From NCBI GenBank assembly GCA_964016885.1, contig OZ024758.1, positions 17,918,001 through 17,982,000 on the forward strand: DNA of 64,000 bases, written 5' to 3'. The notes under the pieces were generated by a model. That model saw nothing but the letters and a program-made list of their open reading frames with translations. It did not search any database and had not been told where the DNA came from. The DNA is from Eledone cirrhosa. Taxonomy: Eukaryota. The position numbers and the translations under genes were made by a program. Below, one piece after another: positions 27,643 to 46,876 of this stretch. Every line of letters begins with the position of its first letter. The stretch's first letter is position 1.

Positions 27643-28244
27643 ATATTATATTTTTTGTGTGTATGAGGGCCACCCCAAACCTGAAGTGGCCCTGCCCTCT
27701 AGTTCTATATCCAAGTCTGCATATAGCTGTAGAAACAAATCCATTCTCTTCTGCCATCTTACATTCATCTACTATATTGGACTTTTTTTCAGTGCTCAAT
27801 ACTCATGACTTCGTCACTACATTTGAAACTCCTAGGAAATTACATATTACGTATATTTGAAATGACGCTAAACTCAGCCAGTTGCGGACTGCGCATCAAC
27901 ATTAGATATTTTTCTCCACAAAGTTCGATCACCAACAGCAGAGTTTACAGAGAAAATATCAAGTCCAGTTCATAAGCTGGCATTATTAATCAATCATTTT
28001 GGCTGCCGGCTTCTGCTTATCTTACGAGCCAACCTACCTTCCAGACATAACCTACTCACAAAGTTGATCTTTTTATATGACCGTATAGTTCGTGTACTGA
28101 CAAAGAATAGTATTTTCCAAACATCTTCACGCAGTTTATATCATGGTGAAAATCTGACACCTGGAAGTGCCAAACATCCACTGTCATCGCCTCCATCTCT
28201 TTCACCCTCCCCATCTCTCTGTATTATGAGCAAATGGGGCCCCA

Positions 28245-28485
28245 CGTGATGGCTGCCCCACAGACTCGGAGGAAAGAATGGAGAAGGGGTTTCCCCGGAG
28301 GATGGTAAGAGAGATGCCTGGAAGAGCCATTCCATCTCGCGAGGCTCAGAGCTGCGGCTGGCCGGCTCAGCGCCTATGGTAGTAAGTAGGGAGATAGTCC
28401 TAAGGGCCAAGGACACCAGAAGTCTCCACTGTCAAGGACACGACCGCAAACCTGTCGCAGAGCGTCCGGTACTACTCTTGACTTG
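28245..28485 (-). mobile_element. CRE-like LINE 3' fragment
   Basis: Reverse-complement homologue of 14410-14660 (TTIG...REMEWLFQ). Confidence 0.65.
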
Positions 28486-29453
28486 ACGATTGTGGTAGTC
28501 ATTGTTAATTCATTTCCCTTTGAGTTCTTATTTTCCTTCTCGATGACGAAACATGTTTATGCTTAGCCACAGTCAAATTTTATTTAACAGTTTATTACAA
28601 AAGAAGACGTTGCTTTCAATAGCAAACACCATACTTTGTCTTCTTAAACTAGTGACATCACAACTATGTTGCTAACATCATTTAAAAAAATATATATTTC
28701 ATTAAATATATATTAGTAATTTAAATTCAAGTCTACATCGCATCAATGACAGCTGGTTGTTATGTGTATAATTTATTTTGAATAAGCAGTGTTCCATTTC
28801 CATGACTGCTTTTGCCCACATATTCAATCATCGAGCTTCTAAATTATTTTTATCTGTTTCGTTGAAAAGCTACATCCACCTGCAGTTTATCTTGGCAATA
28901 TCTTATTTGTAATTTGATATCTATTTCTCTTTTCTTTTATTCGATTTTCTGCAACTAACCTAAGGTGAACAATATGCAATCTATAATACTTAATTTTAAG
29001 TCATGATCTCTGATATAAGTCATACCAGAAGTAATCTAATATGTAGCGTATTATATAGCTAACTTGTATGAAAAGGCGAATTCGAGTGAATAGAAGAAGT
29101 ACTGCCACGAAAACTAGCCAAGTATTTTCTTTTTTCTTCGTCCTTTTCTTTATCATTTTATATGAAACTAGAATAGAGAAAACCTGCCGAACGGTAGTAT
29201 AGTAATAAGTAAAACAAGAATAGCTAAAGTTAAACTAGGTATATCATATTAACAATGGACATTATGGTGTTTTCTAAAACCAATTCTCACAAATAAATTG
29301 TATCAGTTTGTCTGCAATATCTATTGATTGATTTTTGTTTTGTGTTTGGTGTGTTTTGTTTTCTTTTGGTCTTTTATATATATATCTATATATATGTCTC
29401 AACATATCTCTCCATGTTTAATGAAACACAAAAACACATACATTCCACATAGA

Positions 29454-32025
<2,572 letters not shown>

Positions 32026-32442
32026 AGGTTTGAGGTTCACTACTGTATAGAGCTGGTCTATTCCGTATGGTCAATCGTAACGTAATAATATAGAGAGTAC
32101 TCAACGTAAAGCAGTTCAACCGTCTTTGTTTTTGTAGTTGGTGGTGCTATTATTGAAATGATCATAGCATAATACACCTTCCGAGAATTTACATATATAT
32201 ACAAAACGCCAGCACCAACAGTTTTGTAAGAGATGTCAACATGAATAGACCTGCTATTTCTATCTAAAGACATTTTTTCTACTTCCAACCGTCCCGTCCC
32301 TTCTATCTATCTTATTTCTCATTTTTTCTTCTGATGAAGGACTAGCGTCCGTGATGTCAAGACCCTCTTCCTGCTATATCAAGCGTTAACCTAATATATC
32401 CCTTCCATATACTGTACCGATTGTGTTGTTATTTACATTTAC

Positions 32443-32483
<41 letters not shown>

Positions 32484-33324
32484 CGATTTTGAATTTATTT
32501 TGCAAGATTTCTCATGTGAAAATGTGTGTTGAAACATATATTGTTATACTTTGTGACGGAATGACCCCACCCAAGAGAAATATATAACAACACATACACA
32601 CATACACGCACACACACACATATATATAGTTGTATCGGAGACTAGATCATATAGCACGCATATCAGACGGTTTTTCGATTACAGTGTCAGGTTCGATCTA
32701 TAATAGATCTTTCCTCGATGTGATCTATAGTGAAACATCTGTAATATGTTATTAAATATCTTATGACGCAACAATGAATCCTTGTTCCTTTACCATTATA
32801 GTACACACACACCCACACATATATATATATATATATACATATATACATAAATTATTAGTAGGTCATCAATCTTAATACACTTAATAGAATCCGAACACAT
32901 ATGTTGGTTTTTGTCCCAAATATAATTGGTTAAATCTTTCAATATCTTCTAAAACTTGTTTGCCTTTGTGAAATGATATATCGCGTTTGCAACATTGACT
33001 ATGAATGTAGCGTTATGCTATTCAGTTTCGTAGTTGAACGGAAAGGTATACAGGAATTTCAATACCTATTAGAGCAGAGGGTCGTCTTAAGAATGTATAT
33101 TGTGACGTTAAAGAAATTGATGTACTTACACCTATTTTGCACCACCTCCATGTTAAATCTTCGGTTATTTAAAAGTCTTTTAAATCTATGTGACTCTCAC
33201 AAAGAATAAAAGTAAACGTTTTCAAAATGTGAATCATGTAAAACAAATAATATATATATATATATATACGCGCTCATATACATACATGCAATCACACACG
33301 TACAAAGTCATACAAACAAACACA

Positions 33325-33399
<75 letters not shown>

Positions 33400-33404
<5 letters not shown>

Positions 33405-33665
33405 GAAAGAAGAGTGACACGGTTTGCTATACAAAAAAGGTTTTTTAAAAACCTTTTTTGTATAGCAAACCGTGTCACTCTTCTTTCCTGATTTATTATT
33501 ACTCCAAGTGTTTGAAACATAGGAATTACAGCGTACTCGCAGCATCACTATGAAAACGCCTTGTTGAGTCAAACTTAGCCAAGCGTTAATATCATCCACT
33601 ACCCGGAATACCATAACTGGACTACACCTAAGTGGACTGCATATAACTATTATTTGTTACCCCGT
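33400..33665. mobile_element. Fold-back element with ~43-bp perfect arms (33400-33492) and a long right arm
   Basis: atcaggaaagaagagtgacacggtttgctatacaaaaaaggtttt and its reverse complement, with TA flanks. Confidence 0.75.
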
Positions 33666-33723
33666 ATATATATATATATATATATATAACAAAATAAGAC
33701 GCTGCGGTTACATAGATCGTTTA

Positions 33724-33811
33724 ATCATTATAATTATTTCACGGTTCTGCATGCAATTGAGAATTCCTTCATGCAATTGTTGTTGTTAGGAGAACGGTAT
33801 CCTCAGATGAT
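33724..33811 (-). ncRNA. Type I hammerhead motif with long stem II
   Basis: atcat-CTGAGGA-taccgttct...agaaccgt-GAAA-taatta-TA-atgat. Palindromic ATAATTAT, ~35 nt from (TA)n. Confidence 0.72.
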
Positions 33812-34997
33812 AACCGATATGTTTGTTATGCCTCCGACAGGAAAAAACAGGCGTCCTATTACTTCCGTGTCCAGCAGACAGACCCACCCACACATATCTA
33901 TATATAATATAGCATAACAAGGTATGGTTTAAGGTAGAGGTTGTGAGTACTCTGTATTGAGGATAGTTTTAACGTCCCGTGTTGTTTGACTCAACAAGAA
34001 GTTTCCTTAATCAGGTGGCCAGTTTAAGAGAGTTCCTAGGCAGGCGGTTCTTGGAGTGATAATAATAAAAGATTGAAGAATAACATTGTTGCCTGTACAA
34101 TAGGGTTTATTTTCAGTCGCTAGATCAGCGGCTTTTAGACTCACCTGATTAATGAAACAATTGTTAATACTCTACATAAACCCTTTTTGTACAGCCCACC
34201 ATGTTATTCTTAAATCTCTTACTATATATATATGTATTCGTAGGAAAATGGCAAAACTCCGCGTAAGGAAGCTGTTAAAACAGCAAAATGCCGTCGAAAT
34301 GACGTTGGATAAAAGATTACCCCGGAGGCTAAAGATCAGTTGACTCGAAGTGAGTTGACTCAAAGAATGGATAGGAAGAAATAAAATGAATGATAGATCA
34401 CAAACATTAAAATGCAATCATCAGCTTTCAGACCAGCTGCAGTTTCAATGATTTGTGTACGTGTATGATGCATGTATGTGTGTGTGATAGATTTTCTTAT
34501 GCACATTTTACCTTATCTCCATTTGAATAAAAACCCGCACAGATAGTGGGTAGAATATTGAATAGGTATTATATTAATAAATAAAAATTAGAAACCGTGA
34601 CGAACGTAGCGCTAACAGAAAAGCGATTGCTGTAGAACGGGGAATCGTATTTTTTTCTTGTTGAATATTTTCGCATAAACATGATTAAATAATCTGCATT
34701 TCTAACTAATTACTTATTGAAGTAAATACAATTTTTCCAGCGTTTTCACGCCTTGGGACCTGGTAATTTTGTACTCGAAAGGAATAGTAATTTTCTTAGA
34801 TATATCCTAAAAACCTCTAACTCATGCATCAACTGAAATAGCTGCCGGGTAAGTAGTATTAAACTGAATCAAAATATAGGTAAATGCATTTAATATGAGG
34901 ACAAAATGAGATATTAATAAAATCAGAATGGCATCGGACGTAAACAACAATATACACATGCTACACACATATACATACACACAACTATATATAACTT

Positions 34998-35086
<89 letters not shown>

Positions 35087-35331
35087 TCAAGTTTGCAATT
35101 TTCAACTGTGTATATTTATCTATCCCGTGTACATTTATATATATATATATGTATATATAGTAATAAGAATATTTATATTTACGTATGTTTGATATAACTA
35201 TAAATATGTGGGGTAGTACTAAGTATAGCCGGTTACCGGTATGACAAAACGCTCAATGCAAATTTTCAAGTCTTTTACAGAACTCAGATACAGAGTGTTA
35301 AAACGATCAAATTTTAGTTTAGAACATTTAT

Positions 35332-35384
35332 TTGCTAACAATTGTTTCTACCAGAGGGAAGTCTGGTTTCATCGGATTAAGCAA
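35332..35384 (-). ncRNA. Hammerhead-like motif (CCGATGA core)
   Basis: ttgct-taat-CCGATGA-a-accaga(cttccc)tctggt-a-GAAA-caattg-TT-agcaa. Stem I is offset by 4 nt. Confidence 0.55.
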
Positions 35385-35603
35385 CATAACGGTTCACCAA
35401 CAGCTTAATAACGGTTAATAGAAACCCTAGAAAAAATAATTTGTAGATAAATAATGCATAAAATAATATACCTAAAATAACAACATGGCGGAATTTACAT
35501 TTAAACAAGCAAACACGTATTCACTATAAACGACTCATATACCTCCAGTTGGTGCGAGCAATAGCTAAATAAAGCTATTGGGACAAGTAATATCTATAGA
35601 TGA

Positions 35604-35665
35604 GATTCTACAGGACTAGAACTGTTTCATCCTTGGGAAATCATCAGGAGATTCCTGATGATTTC
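35604..35665 (-). ncRNA. Hammerhead-like motif folding back at its own core
   Basis: Minus strand: CTGATGA-tttcccaaggat-GAAA-cag(ttctagtc)ctg-TA-gaatc. The plus strand repeats gattc-CTGATGA-tttc as a small hairpin. Confidence 0.55.
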
Positions 35666-36109
35666 TCAACTATCATCTATATTAAAACTCTCATACTCTG
35701 CTATGTATTGAGTACCTTACACTTACTGTGGTTACCTCCGATACAACCCGTAATAACTTACCTTTATATATATATATATATATATATACTATGTCTCATA
35801 TACGATGTGTATATTTAGGTACATTAGTTTTCAGGTGATATGTGTGGGTGCAACTGCATACTGCACAAGACGGGGCAGAAAGCATGGAACAGCTTCATCT
35901 AATTGTCTCTTCTTATTATTCGTATCTGACAATGTAGCCTTTACTTTTCATGTATTTTTCTTATTTCGACACATATATACACACATAGTAATCATGCATT
36001 CAAACGTATCATGTTATTTCTGATCATATCTAGCGTACTATTCTTCAATAATCGGTTGGTAGAAACATCTGTATTTCATAGATATCAAATGTATTCTAGA
36101 ATATTAGTA

Positions 36110-36978
36110 ATAATTGTTTCTACTTTTGGCACAAGGCCAGCAATTTGAAGGGGGCGAAGGCATAGTTAATTAAATCGACCCCACTGCGTTACTGTCGTAA
36201 CTCAATACTTTCGATACTTTCAATCCACCGCAATATAATAACAATAATTGTGTAACAATTTAGGCAGTTAAATGTTAGATAAAACTACTCACTTTTTTTC
36301 AATATTGATATATCTATTGTTCTTTAGAAAAAATGTGAACCTCTCAGCAAATGACTCTTATGTATAAAGCTAGATATCTGTCTCCGACTGATATGGAATT
36401 TGTACTTACTCTATTGTAATTCAAACGAATTAGTGTAAATAAATTAGAAGGTTGTTACACTACTCGAAAAGTTCTTTCTACAAGTATATACAAAATGTAT
36501 TTCAATTGAAAAACATGAGGAATCTCTTTGGGAGACATAATACAACTTGAAGACTAGAAACTACTGAATTTTAAATTATGGAATATGTAACTAAATTATG
36601 TTTATATGAAATAGGATTATATTTGATACTATTTGAAATGACGAGTAATAATACGTTATAATTACTTCCTAAGTTATATAATTCTCAGTAAGATTACTCT
36701 AAACAAAGCATCTTTGAATAACTAAGTCAATAGGTGAGGAAATATACGTATAGAATAGGTTTTATGTTATTCTATATGTAACCAGCAAATATTGGAAACT
36801 TATCTTTACCTGATATAGTTAGATGTAAATAATTGTCTCTACTTTTGACACAAGGCCAGCAATTACTCTGTGCATTACTGGTACTTTATTTCATCGACGC
36901 CTTAAGGATGAAAGGCAAAGTTAACCTTGGCGGGATTTGAACTCAGAACGTAAATGTGTCATAACTCTATGCTGCAAA
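36110..36978 (-). mobile_element. Two partial SINE copies (36110-36232; 36828-36978)
   Basis: Reverse complement of the SINE consensus. Confidence 0.75.
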
Positions 36979-38446
36979 ATGTGAATAATACCTCAATAGG
37001 AACCAGTTGCCATGTGTATTGGAAATCCTGAATTACGGAGAGACTTTGTCAGGCATGTTCAGTTGTGCTCGCTATGATGATATTTAGAAAACATCGTTGT
37101 TTTTATTTTAGAAATGAATTATAAACTAGTCCTCTTCTTCGGCCGAGTTTACACTCGCAAATACGTAATTTTTGTTTCAGTTGCTGAATGCAATCAGGGG
37201 TCGCTGCTACTCCTGAAGATCACTAGTTCTCATCTAATCTGTAAAGCCGCATTGTTCTCAGAACCACTGCACCTGACTTTCGATGCGTGCAGCTGGAACT
37301 ACTGCTACCCATTGATTTGGCAGGATTTTTTTTTATTAGAAACATTTCTTTTTTAAACTAGTCAAATATCATTAATTACACATCAACAATGTAGGGATAT
37401 GGTTTAGGAACATTTATATACAATAAAAATGAACGTTCTAAATATATCATTAATTAGAGAAATCGCAGATGCAAAAGTTGTAATTATTTCACATATTATG
37501 GTTACTCCTCACAAATCATCTTATGTATACTTGAAACTTGAATTTTTTTCCTCGGGCCTTACAAATTATTTCTATAATATTTCATGTATTTGCTAATATA
37601 CATGTTTCAAAGATGCGAATATATACAACATTCTTAGAACTTTGTTTTTTATATCATATGTGTGAATCATATATAGCAACTGATCTTGTTCTAATAGCCG
37701 GCCGCAACAACGGAATGCGATCGAATATGAGAATGCCTAATTTTTTTAGAAATTTCACATGGTATATCTTCTCGATTTCGCAAGCTTTTATATATTCACT
37801 TATATAACGAGACTAACATGTTATGCAACAGCTATTTAAAACAGAACCATATTATATATACCTCTAAAATAAATAGTTCACAAATAAATAGTTATGGAAA
37901 ATATAAATTATTCTAATTTTGTATCAATATCACCATGAATATAACCATTTATCAAAATTACGTTTTAATTTATTGACTTCACGACAGATTCGACTCATCA
38001 CATTTCCGATGTCGTTAAAAGGTTTTTACCATTTCCTATAACAGCAATTACATAACATAATATACATGAATAGTATGTCCATTGATCCACATGGACGAAT
38101 TATATTTCAGTGAATAGCTAGGTTGTAAATCATATTGTACATATATAGATTATATAGTCAAACACGTCTTTCTAACCAGATTATATGTAACTGTTTTAAT
38201 GAACATCAGAAAGCTAAACAATGAGATGATTCCGTCTGTTTAATATTTCGATAAATATCCGAACTTTTCATGCTTATATTTCCTGACACATTAGTGTCAA
38301 TCACCAGCAACCAGTCGAATGAACATGATAACATTATAGTCTTACGTATATTAAATTTCGATTTATTTACTGAAATATATATCATTGTCTAACTGTTTGT
38401 TTAACTGTTTATATGCGTATATGTTGAGGAACGGTTATAGATTTCG

Positions 38447-38530
<84 letters not shown>

Positions 38531-39040
38531 CATATACATATATCACATAAGAAGCGGAGAATCAGTGTTGCGAGGAATAACATTTATTGGACATAATGCA
38601 ATCGTTTCTCTGGCGACCAGCTCGAGGCACGATCGATGTAATGATCGAACCTGACTCTGAAATATATATATATATATATAATTATATATGTTTTGCTAGC
38701 TAACATGGAAAATGCTTATGGATACCAACAATCTCGCACAGCTTGTATTAGTATGAGAGTTGCCGTGTTGAATATCAAGCCAAAACGAACAAGTCAGTTG
38801 TATCAACCGGATGATCTGTGGGTCGTACGTTATCTTGAATAGTTGAACACGACAGATGTTCATTCCCTATATATATAAGATCTGCCTTGCAAACAAGCTG
38901 ACTCCGATCTATCCTTTAAGCCTCTTCTTGATAATGGGTTTTTAAAACCGAAAATATTTGGGATCATTAAATTTGCTAAGGTAAGATTATTTTGTTATCT
39001 TAGCGACTTAATCTTCTTTCTAATGCATTGTTTGGTTTTA

Positions 39041-39078
<38 letters not shown>

Positions 39079-39151
39079 ATAATAATAAATAAAATATGTA
39101 TAAATAATATATATAAAAACCGTAGTGCAAATATTTATTAAATAACAAATT

Positions 39152-39204
39152 AAAGTTTAAGCAAATAATCGCTGCTTTCACCTCTACCGGGATCTTTTGA
39201 AACT
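39152..39204 (-). ncRNA. Degenerate hammerhead-like motif, same family as 4739-4793
   Basis: agttt-CAAAAGA-tcccggtagaggt-GAAA-gcagcgattatttgc-TT-aaact. Confidence 0.5.
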
Positions 39205-39221
39205 AAAAAAAATCAATCAAA

Positions 39222-39261
<40 letters not shown>

Positions 39262-39270
<9 letters not shown>

Positions 39271-39594
39271 ATACTTGGGGAGCGTCGTATTTGTGTAATA
39301 TTGCCAGACTTAATAACAGAACACACTCACTGTTTGGTTGGTTTTCGCTTTTCGCTTCTGTGTCTTTTATATAGGTGATCTAATTTATTCGGTCCTCAAT
39401 GTTGCCATTGACTGACCAACGGTAAAAAATACAGATACAATATAGACACAAACACATATATATAGTTTATCAAAGTTCTTTCGTTGCACATCTGCAACAT
39501 CGTCAGTGGTGCTATTGTTTCCTCCCGTTACATTGTATTTTCTACGCCATCTTTATTTAGTCTGTTTATATATTTATTTATTTGTTTATTTTAT
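39262..39594 (+). repeat. ~330-bp interspersed repeat starting at (TA)n, second copy at 42500-42850
   Basis: Colinear match starting tattgttatacttggg in both copies. Confidence 0.85.
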
Positions 39595-39786
39595 TAGGAA
39601 CAGGAAGGACAACCGTACGGTTGTCCTTCCTGTTCCTATAACCATGCCCATTCCGAGCTGAGGATCCGCTAAGGTGAAACAATTGTTCTCGGTATGGTGA
39701 ACGGACTGTTGTGTAACCACTTCTACCTAACTCGTCCCATAGACTGAGTGTTCTACCACTACGGATATTACCTTCCAGTATTCCAC

Positions 39787-39790
<4 letters not shown>
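39595..39790 (+). mobile_element. Fold-back family D element with HHR at 39653-39692
   Basis: Palindrome taggaacaggaaggacaaccgtacggttgtccttcctgttccta, then ccgag-CTGAGGA-tccgctaaggt-GAAA-caattg-TT-ctcgg, ending in TA. Confidence 0.8.
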
Positions 39791-42040
<2,250 letters not shown>

Positions 42041-42467
42041 ATATATGCACGACAGAGCCAAAGACAAAACCACAAAGCAAGTAATCAAGAAACAAACAGT
42101 AAATTATATCAAACAGAAAGGAAATAAATATAAGTCGAAAAATTACATCAATAATTTTAGCATAAAAATACAAGAAAACAAAGATGGCTCCGACATCGGA
42201 CAATCGTGATTATATAATTTAAAGAAATATGCTGAGAAATATATGGTTCAGAAATAAATATTACGGTACACATTAGCCACCATTAAGGTTTCTGGTGTGT
42301 TGGTTAGCATAAAATGCATCATCGATAGAGGAATTGGGTAAAGAATTATATAAGGATTTATTTATTCGTTATGTATTTGATTTGACTTCGCCATTGTTTT
42401 GGTTCTTGATAGAATTACTAGAAATATTTCGGTTCATACAAAAAGGAGAAAACCATATCTGTCATAT

Positions 42468-42506
<39 letters not shown>

Positions 42507-43322
42507 ATACTTGGGAAGGGTCATATTTGTGTAATATTGCCTGCCAGAATTAATAACAGAACACACTCACTGTTTGGTTGATTTTCGCTTCTCGCTTCTG
42601 TGTCTTTTATATCGGAAATCTAATATACTCGGTCCTCAATGTTGCCATTGACTGACCGGCGGTGAAAAATAATACAGATACAATATAGACACAAACACAT
42701 ATATATAGTTTATCATAAATCTTTCGTTGCACATCTGCAACATCGTCAGTGGTGCTATATTTTCCTCCTGTTGTATTGTATGTCTACGCCATTTTTATTC
42801 AGTCTGTCTATATATTTATTTATTAATTTGCTTGTTTGTTTATTTTATTTTGTCTTCTTTGCGCATGCGTTTGCGTGTGTGTATAGTGTTTTGTTTGCTG
42901 TGTGATGGGTGACTAGTGTGTGTTCATGTGCTTGTTGTTATTGTGCTTGTGTATGTATTTATTTATTTATTTATTTTATTTTATTTACTTATTTATATTT
43001 CTCTTAGGTCAGTGTTGTTTGTTTGGGTGTTGTTGTTATTCCATTCATTCTTTCTGTTTAGCCTTGGTCTTCTAATTTTTATTTCACTGGCCTCTCTGAT
43101 TTGCCTATCTGCTGGGTCATTTCTATGTTTAGATATTATTCTAACTTCTATGTTGTCTATGTTACCGTCATGTTGTTGTCTAGCATGTTCGTATAGTACT
43201 GACCCGTTTTTTTGTCCTTTTACTTCCCCCAGTGTTGGTCTATCCTTTCACCTATGCTACGAGCTGTCTCACCTATGTATGTTGTTGTCATGTTTCTGCA
43301 AGTACCCTCTGTACATCTTATG

Positions 43323-43433
<111 letters not shown>

Positions 43434-43949
43434 TTGCTATAATTATCATTTTATTCCCTTTAACGTGAATAATTTGTCGAAGTTAATAAATGAATCACAT
43501 ACATAACCTGTATTATAATCTTTAACATAAATATAGATATAACTATGCGTAAACCTAATATCATCAGTTACCCCACGCATATGTAGCAGCAAGTAGTATT
43601 TTACTTTCTTAATGTTGAAAACTACTAAAATTCATCTAAATAAGCATGCATTTTCGTAAAACGTAACCATTTAACATAGCTTAAAATATATAAAATTTTA
43701 ATCTCCAAATACAATGAAATTTAGTATATGTTAGCATAAAGAGTTATATATTTAATCGCTATATCTTTTAACTTGAATGTTACCCAATTACATGTATTTT
43801 AAGTTTTATGCATCATAGACAATATGTCTGTTAGATTTTTGATTATTACAATAATTTAATCCGTTAGAGCCCTCGATCTTTCTTTCATTTTTATTTTTTA
43901 GATATCTGTAATGTTGTTGTTATTTGAAATATATATTCTATTCTAAGTA

Positions 43950-44110
43950 GACATCATGCTTTGCAGCATAGAATTATGGCTCTTTACGCTCTGAGTTCAA
44001 ATCCCACCGAGGTTAACTTTGCCTTTCATCCTTACGTGATCGATAAAATAAAACACCAGTAATGCACTGGTGTAATCTCTGGCCTTGTGCTAAAAGTAGA
44101 AACAATTATT
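43950..44110 (+). mobile_element. SINE copy, 5'-truncated
   Basis: B-box, central domain and tail present. Confidence 0.8.
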
Positions 44111-44952
44111 GGAAGGGTTTAAGCCCTAAAACATACTTAGTACCAGATGGCTTGCTGTTAGTGATTCAAAGGGCAAACACTGTCACAGAATGTGTCATGC
44201 CTCTAAGGATCCTAATATATACTATATTATAACTATATGGGGGGGGGGGGGGGGGGGGCTTAAGTCCTAAAAACCACTTAGTGGTTTACTGTTGTCGTGG
44301 CTCACAGAATCGTAAAACATTATATTCTAACTAGAAATTACTGCTAAACCGCATCGAAATTATCTAGAAAATAGTTGCATTCTTTCCTTCCAGAGACTAT
44401 GTTGAAAAAATAAACTTCATTTAGTCATTCCATGAGATTACCTTGGTCATCCTATAAACATTTCAGCCAACCCTCATGTATATTCTTCATACTAAATCTA
44501 AAAGAATATCTTCTGATCTGCAACATATGCGGGATTGAAATTCGCTAAATATTCAGTATTGTAATTCAGAGCGTCAGCGTGAATGAACGAACAAATGAAT
44601 ATAATGGATATAATAGAAGAAATAAATTTTAAAAAAATTATATTCTAACCGACAAAGGATGTAATTAATTTGATTTGTTGATTTGAATCAGTATGAAGAG
44701 AAACCGTCTGTAGAATCAACGTTGCAAAAATACACAGCGATGATTAACATATTGAAATATTGAGAGAGTTAATACATGAGGTTCTTCAGTTTAATTTTGA
44801 GAGTGTTCATGTGATGAGATGTTAAATAATCTTTTTCACATTGGAGTGATGTAGTTCTGGTTTCGTGTTATATATTTTGTTTTTGGAGTTTAAACAGTAC
44901 GAGGGATGTTTTTTTTTTGACAGAAATTCTATAGCTACATTAAAATGAAAAC

Positions 44953-45560
44953 GATGATCTGATGATGATAATTGATGATGATGATGATGATGTGGTGGAT
45001 GATGATGATGTTGATGATGTTCATCATGGTGAAGATAATGGTGGCGGATGATGAAAATGATGGTGGTGATGAAGATGATGATGATGGATGATTACGAAGA
45101 AGATGAGGGAACGATGATGATGATGATAATGATGATGATGATGGCGATGATGAAGATAATAATGATGATCATGATGACGCTGATGATGATGATGATCATG
45201 AAGATAATGATGATGATGGTGATGATGATGAAGATAATGATCATGATAATGATGATGAAGATGAAGATAATCATGATTATGATGATGAAGATAACGATGA
45301 TGATGATGATGATGATGAAGATAACGATGATGATGATGATGTAGATGAAGATAATGATGATGAAGATAATGATGATGATGATGATGATGATGATGATCAT
45401 GGAATTAATGATGATTATAATGATGATGATGATGGATATAATGATGACGCCGATGATGCGGATGATGATGATGATGATGGAAAAGACAATGATTATGATG
45501 ATGATAACGATGGTGATCATGATGATGATGATGATGGCGATGATGATGAAGTTGATGATA
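44953..45560. repeat. Degenerate (GAT)n microsatellite
   Basis: Direct inspection. Confidence 0.95.
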
Positions 45561-45562
45561 AA

Positions 45563-45722
45563 AATAATTGTTTCTACTTTTGGTACAAGGCCAACAATTA
45601 TCCCAGTGTATTACTGGTACTTTATTTTATCGACCCCGTAAGGACGAAAGGCAAAGGTAACCTCGGCGGGATTTGAACTCAGTCCGTAAAGGGACGTAAC
45701 TGTGCTGCAAAGCATGGCGCCC
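45563..45722 (-). mobile_element. SINE copy inside the GAT tract
   Basis: SINE consensus, with GAT repeats resuming after it. Confidence 0.85.
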
Positions 45723-46876
45723 GAGCCTAATAATGATGATGTTTACCATGATGACGACAATAATGGTGATGATAATGATGATGATGATCGTTGCCAAGAA
45801 GAAGCAGCAACTAAATGTGAATTAGGTCTTGCAATTCTCATATGACGATTTATGATTGACAATAACATTTGTGAGGGGGAGGGAGTCATCGATTATGTTA
45901 ACGATTATATTATTGTAATAGCTTCAGTTGAACAAGCAACCCTCAGTATTACTATTACTATTATTATTATTACTATTATTATTGTTGTTGTTACTGTTAA
46001 TATTGTTATTATTATCAATCATAATACAAGTTGCTGAATTACTTCGATTGGTTTAATCATTAAATCTAACTTAATGTGGATGATAAGGATGATAAATGTT
46101 ATATTTAGAAGCATATTAGTCTCAGATGAGATGAATGAAAAGGCCTCTTGTTAAATCACTATCACATTTATAGCAATTACTATTTCGAAAAGGATGTAGT
46201 GTTATGGGTTTAATTTTGCCATGCCATGCGTTTAACACATCTAGGAATCTCTGATCAGTATAACTTTCTTATTGACTTCATATCAACGCAATCAATTATA
46301 TATATAGAGTGGGCTTTATTCTGATTACGATTTGCTTAACTTACCTTGTAAGGGGAGCTTAGAATGTCAAATAAAAATTAGATTTATGTCGTTTAATTTT
46401 TTAATTATTTCACCGAGAATACAATGAAGGATTGTTTTTGAATAACATTTAATCTAGTATCTAGTCCTAGTAGAAACCCTTTGTGATTTATTTCGTCGGC
46501 AAGTAACGTAGCAAAATAATAATAATAATAATTTCTAGTACTGATAATGGTTTATTTATTCGCCACAAGGGCTAACATGAGGAAAAACATTACATACGAT
46601 ATAGAATGGTACAGGACGATACAAAGTTAGTTTTGCCCGTGTAAAAAGGTTATAACAAGAAGATAGAAATGTGTAAAAAAAAAAAAAAAAAAATTTCAAC
46701 CAACAAAAATTCCCCAACAGGGGGAAACCTCCAAAGGTCACTAATAAATATAATATCAAGGTGAATATAATTTGCTGTATGAATGGTGAAACGGATCGTT
46801 AACCATATCAGTTCAAACCCTGCCGAGGTCAATTTTGCCTTTCATCTATTCGGGGTAGATAAAAAAAGTACCAGGG

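Noticed and set aside
32050-32288. 76-aa minus-strand ORF, possibly a decayed PLE endonuclease end
   Set aside because: Only a faint resemblance across frames, not supportable by eye.
34230-34343. Possible host exon after tcgtag; also candidates near 38700-38980, 49500-49810 and 51780-51908
   Set aside because: Short frames with stops, no recognisable domain and no consistent splice chain. Small exons cannot be excluded without RNA data.
44238-44258. G homopolymer of about 21 nt
   Set aside because: Isolated run between two diverged short repeats, with no evidence of function and an unreliable length.
45048-45641. Poly-Met / poly-Ile ORFs
   Set aside because: Reading frames of a degenerate (GAT)n microsatellite running into a SINE.
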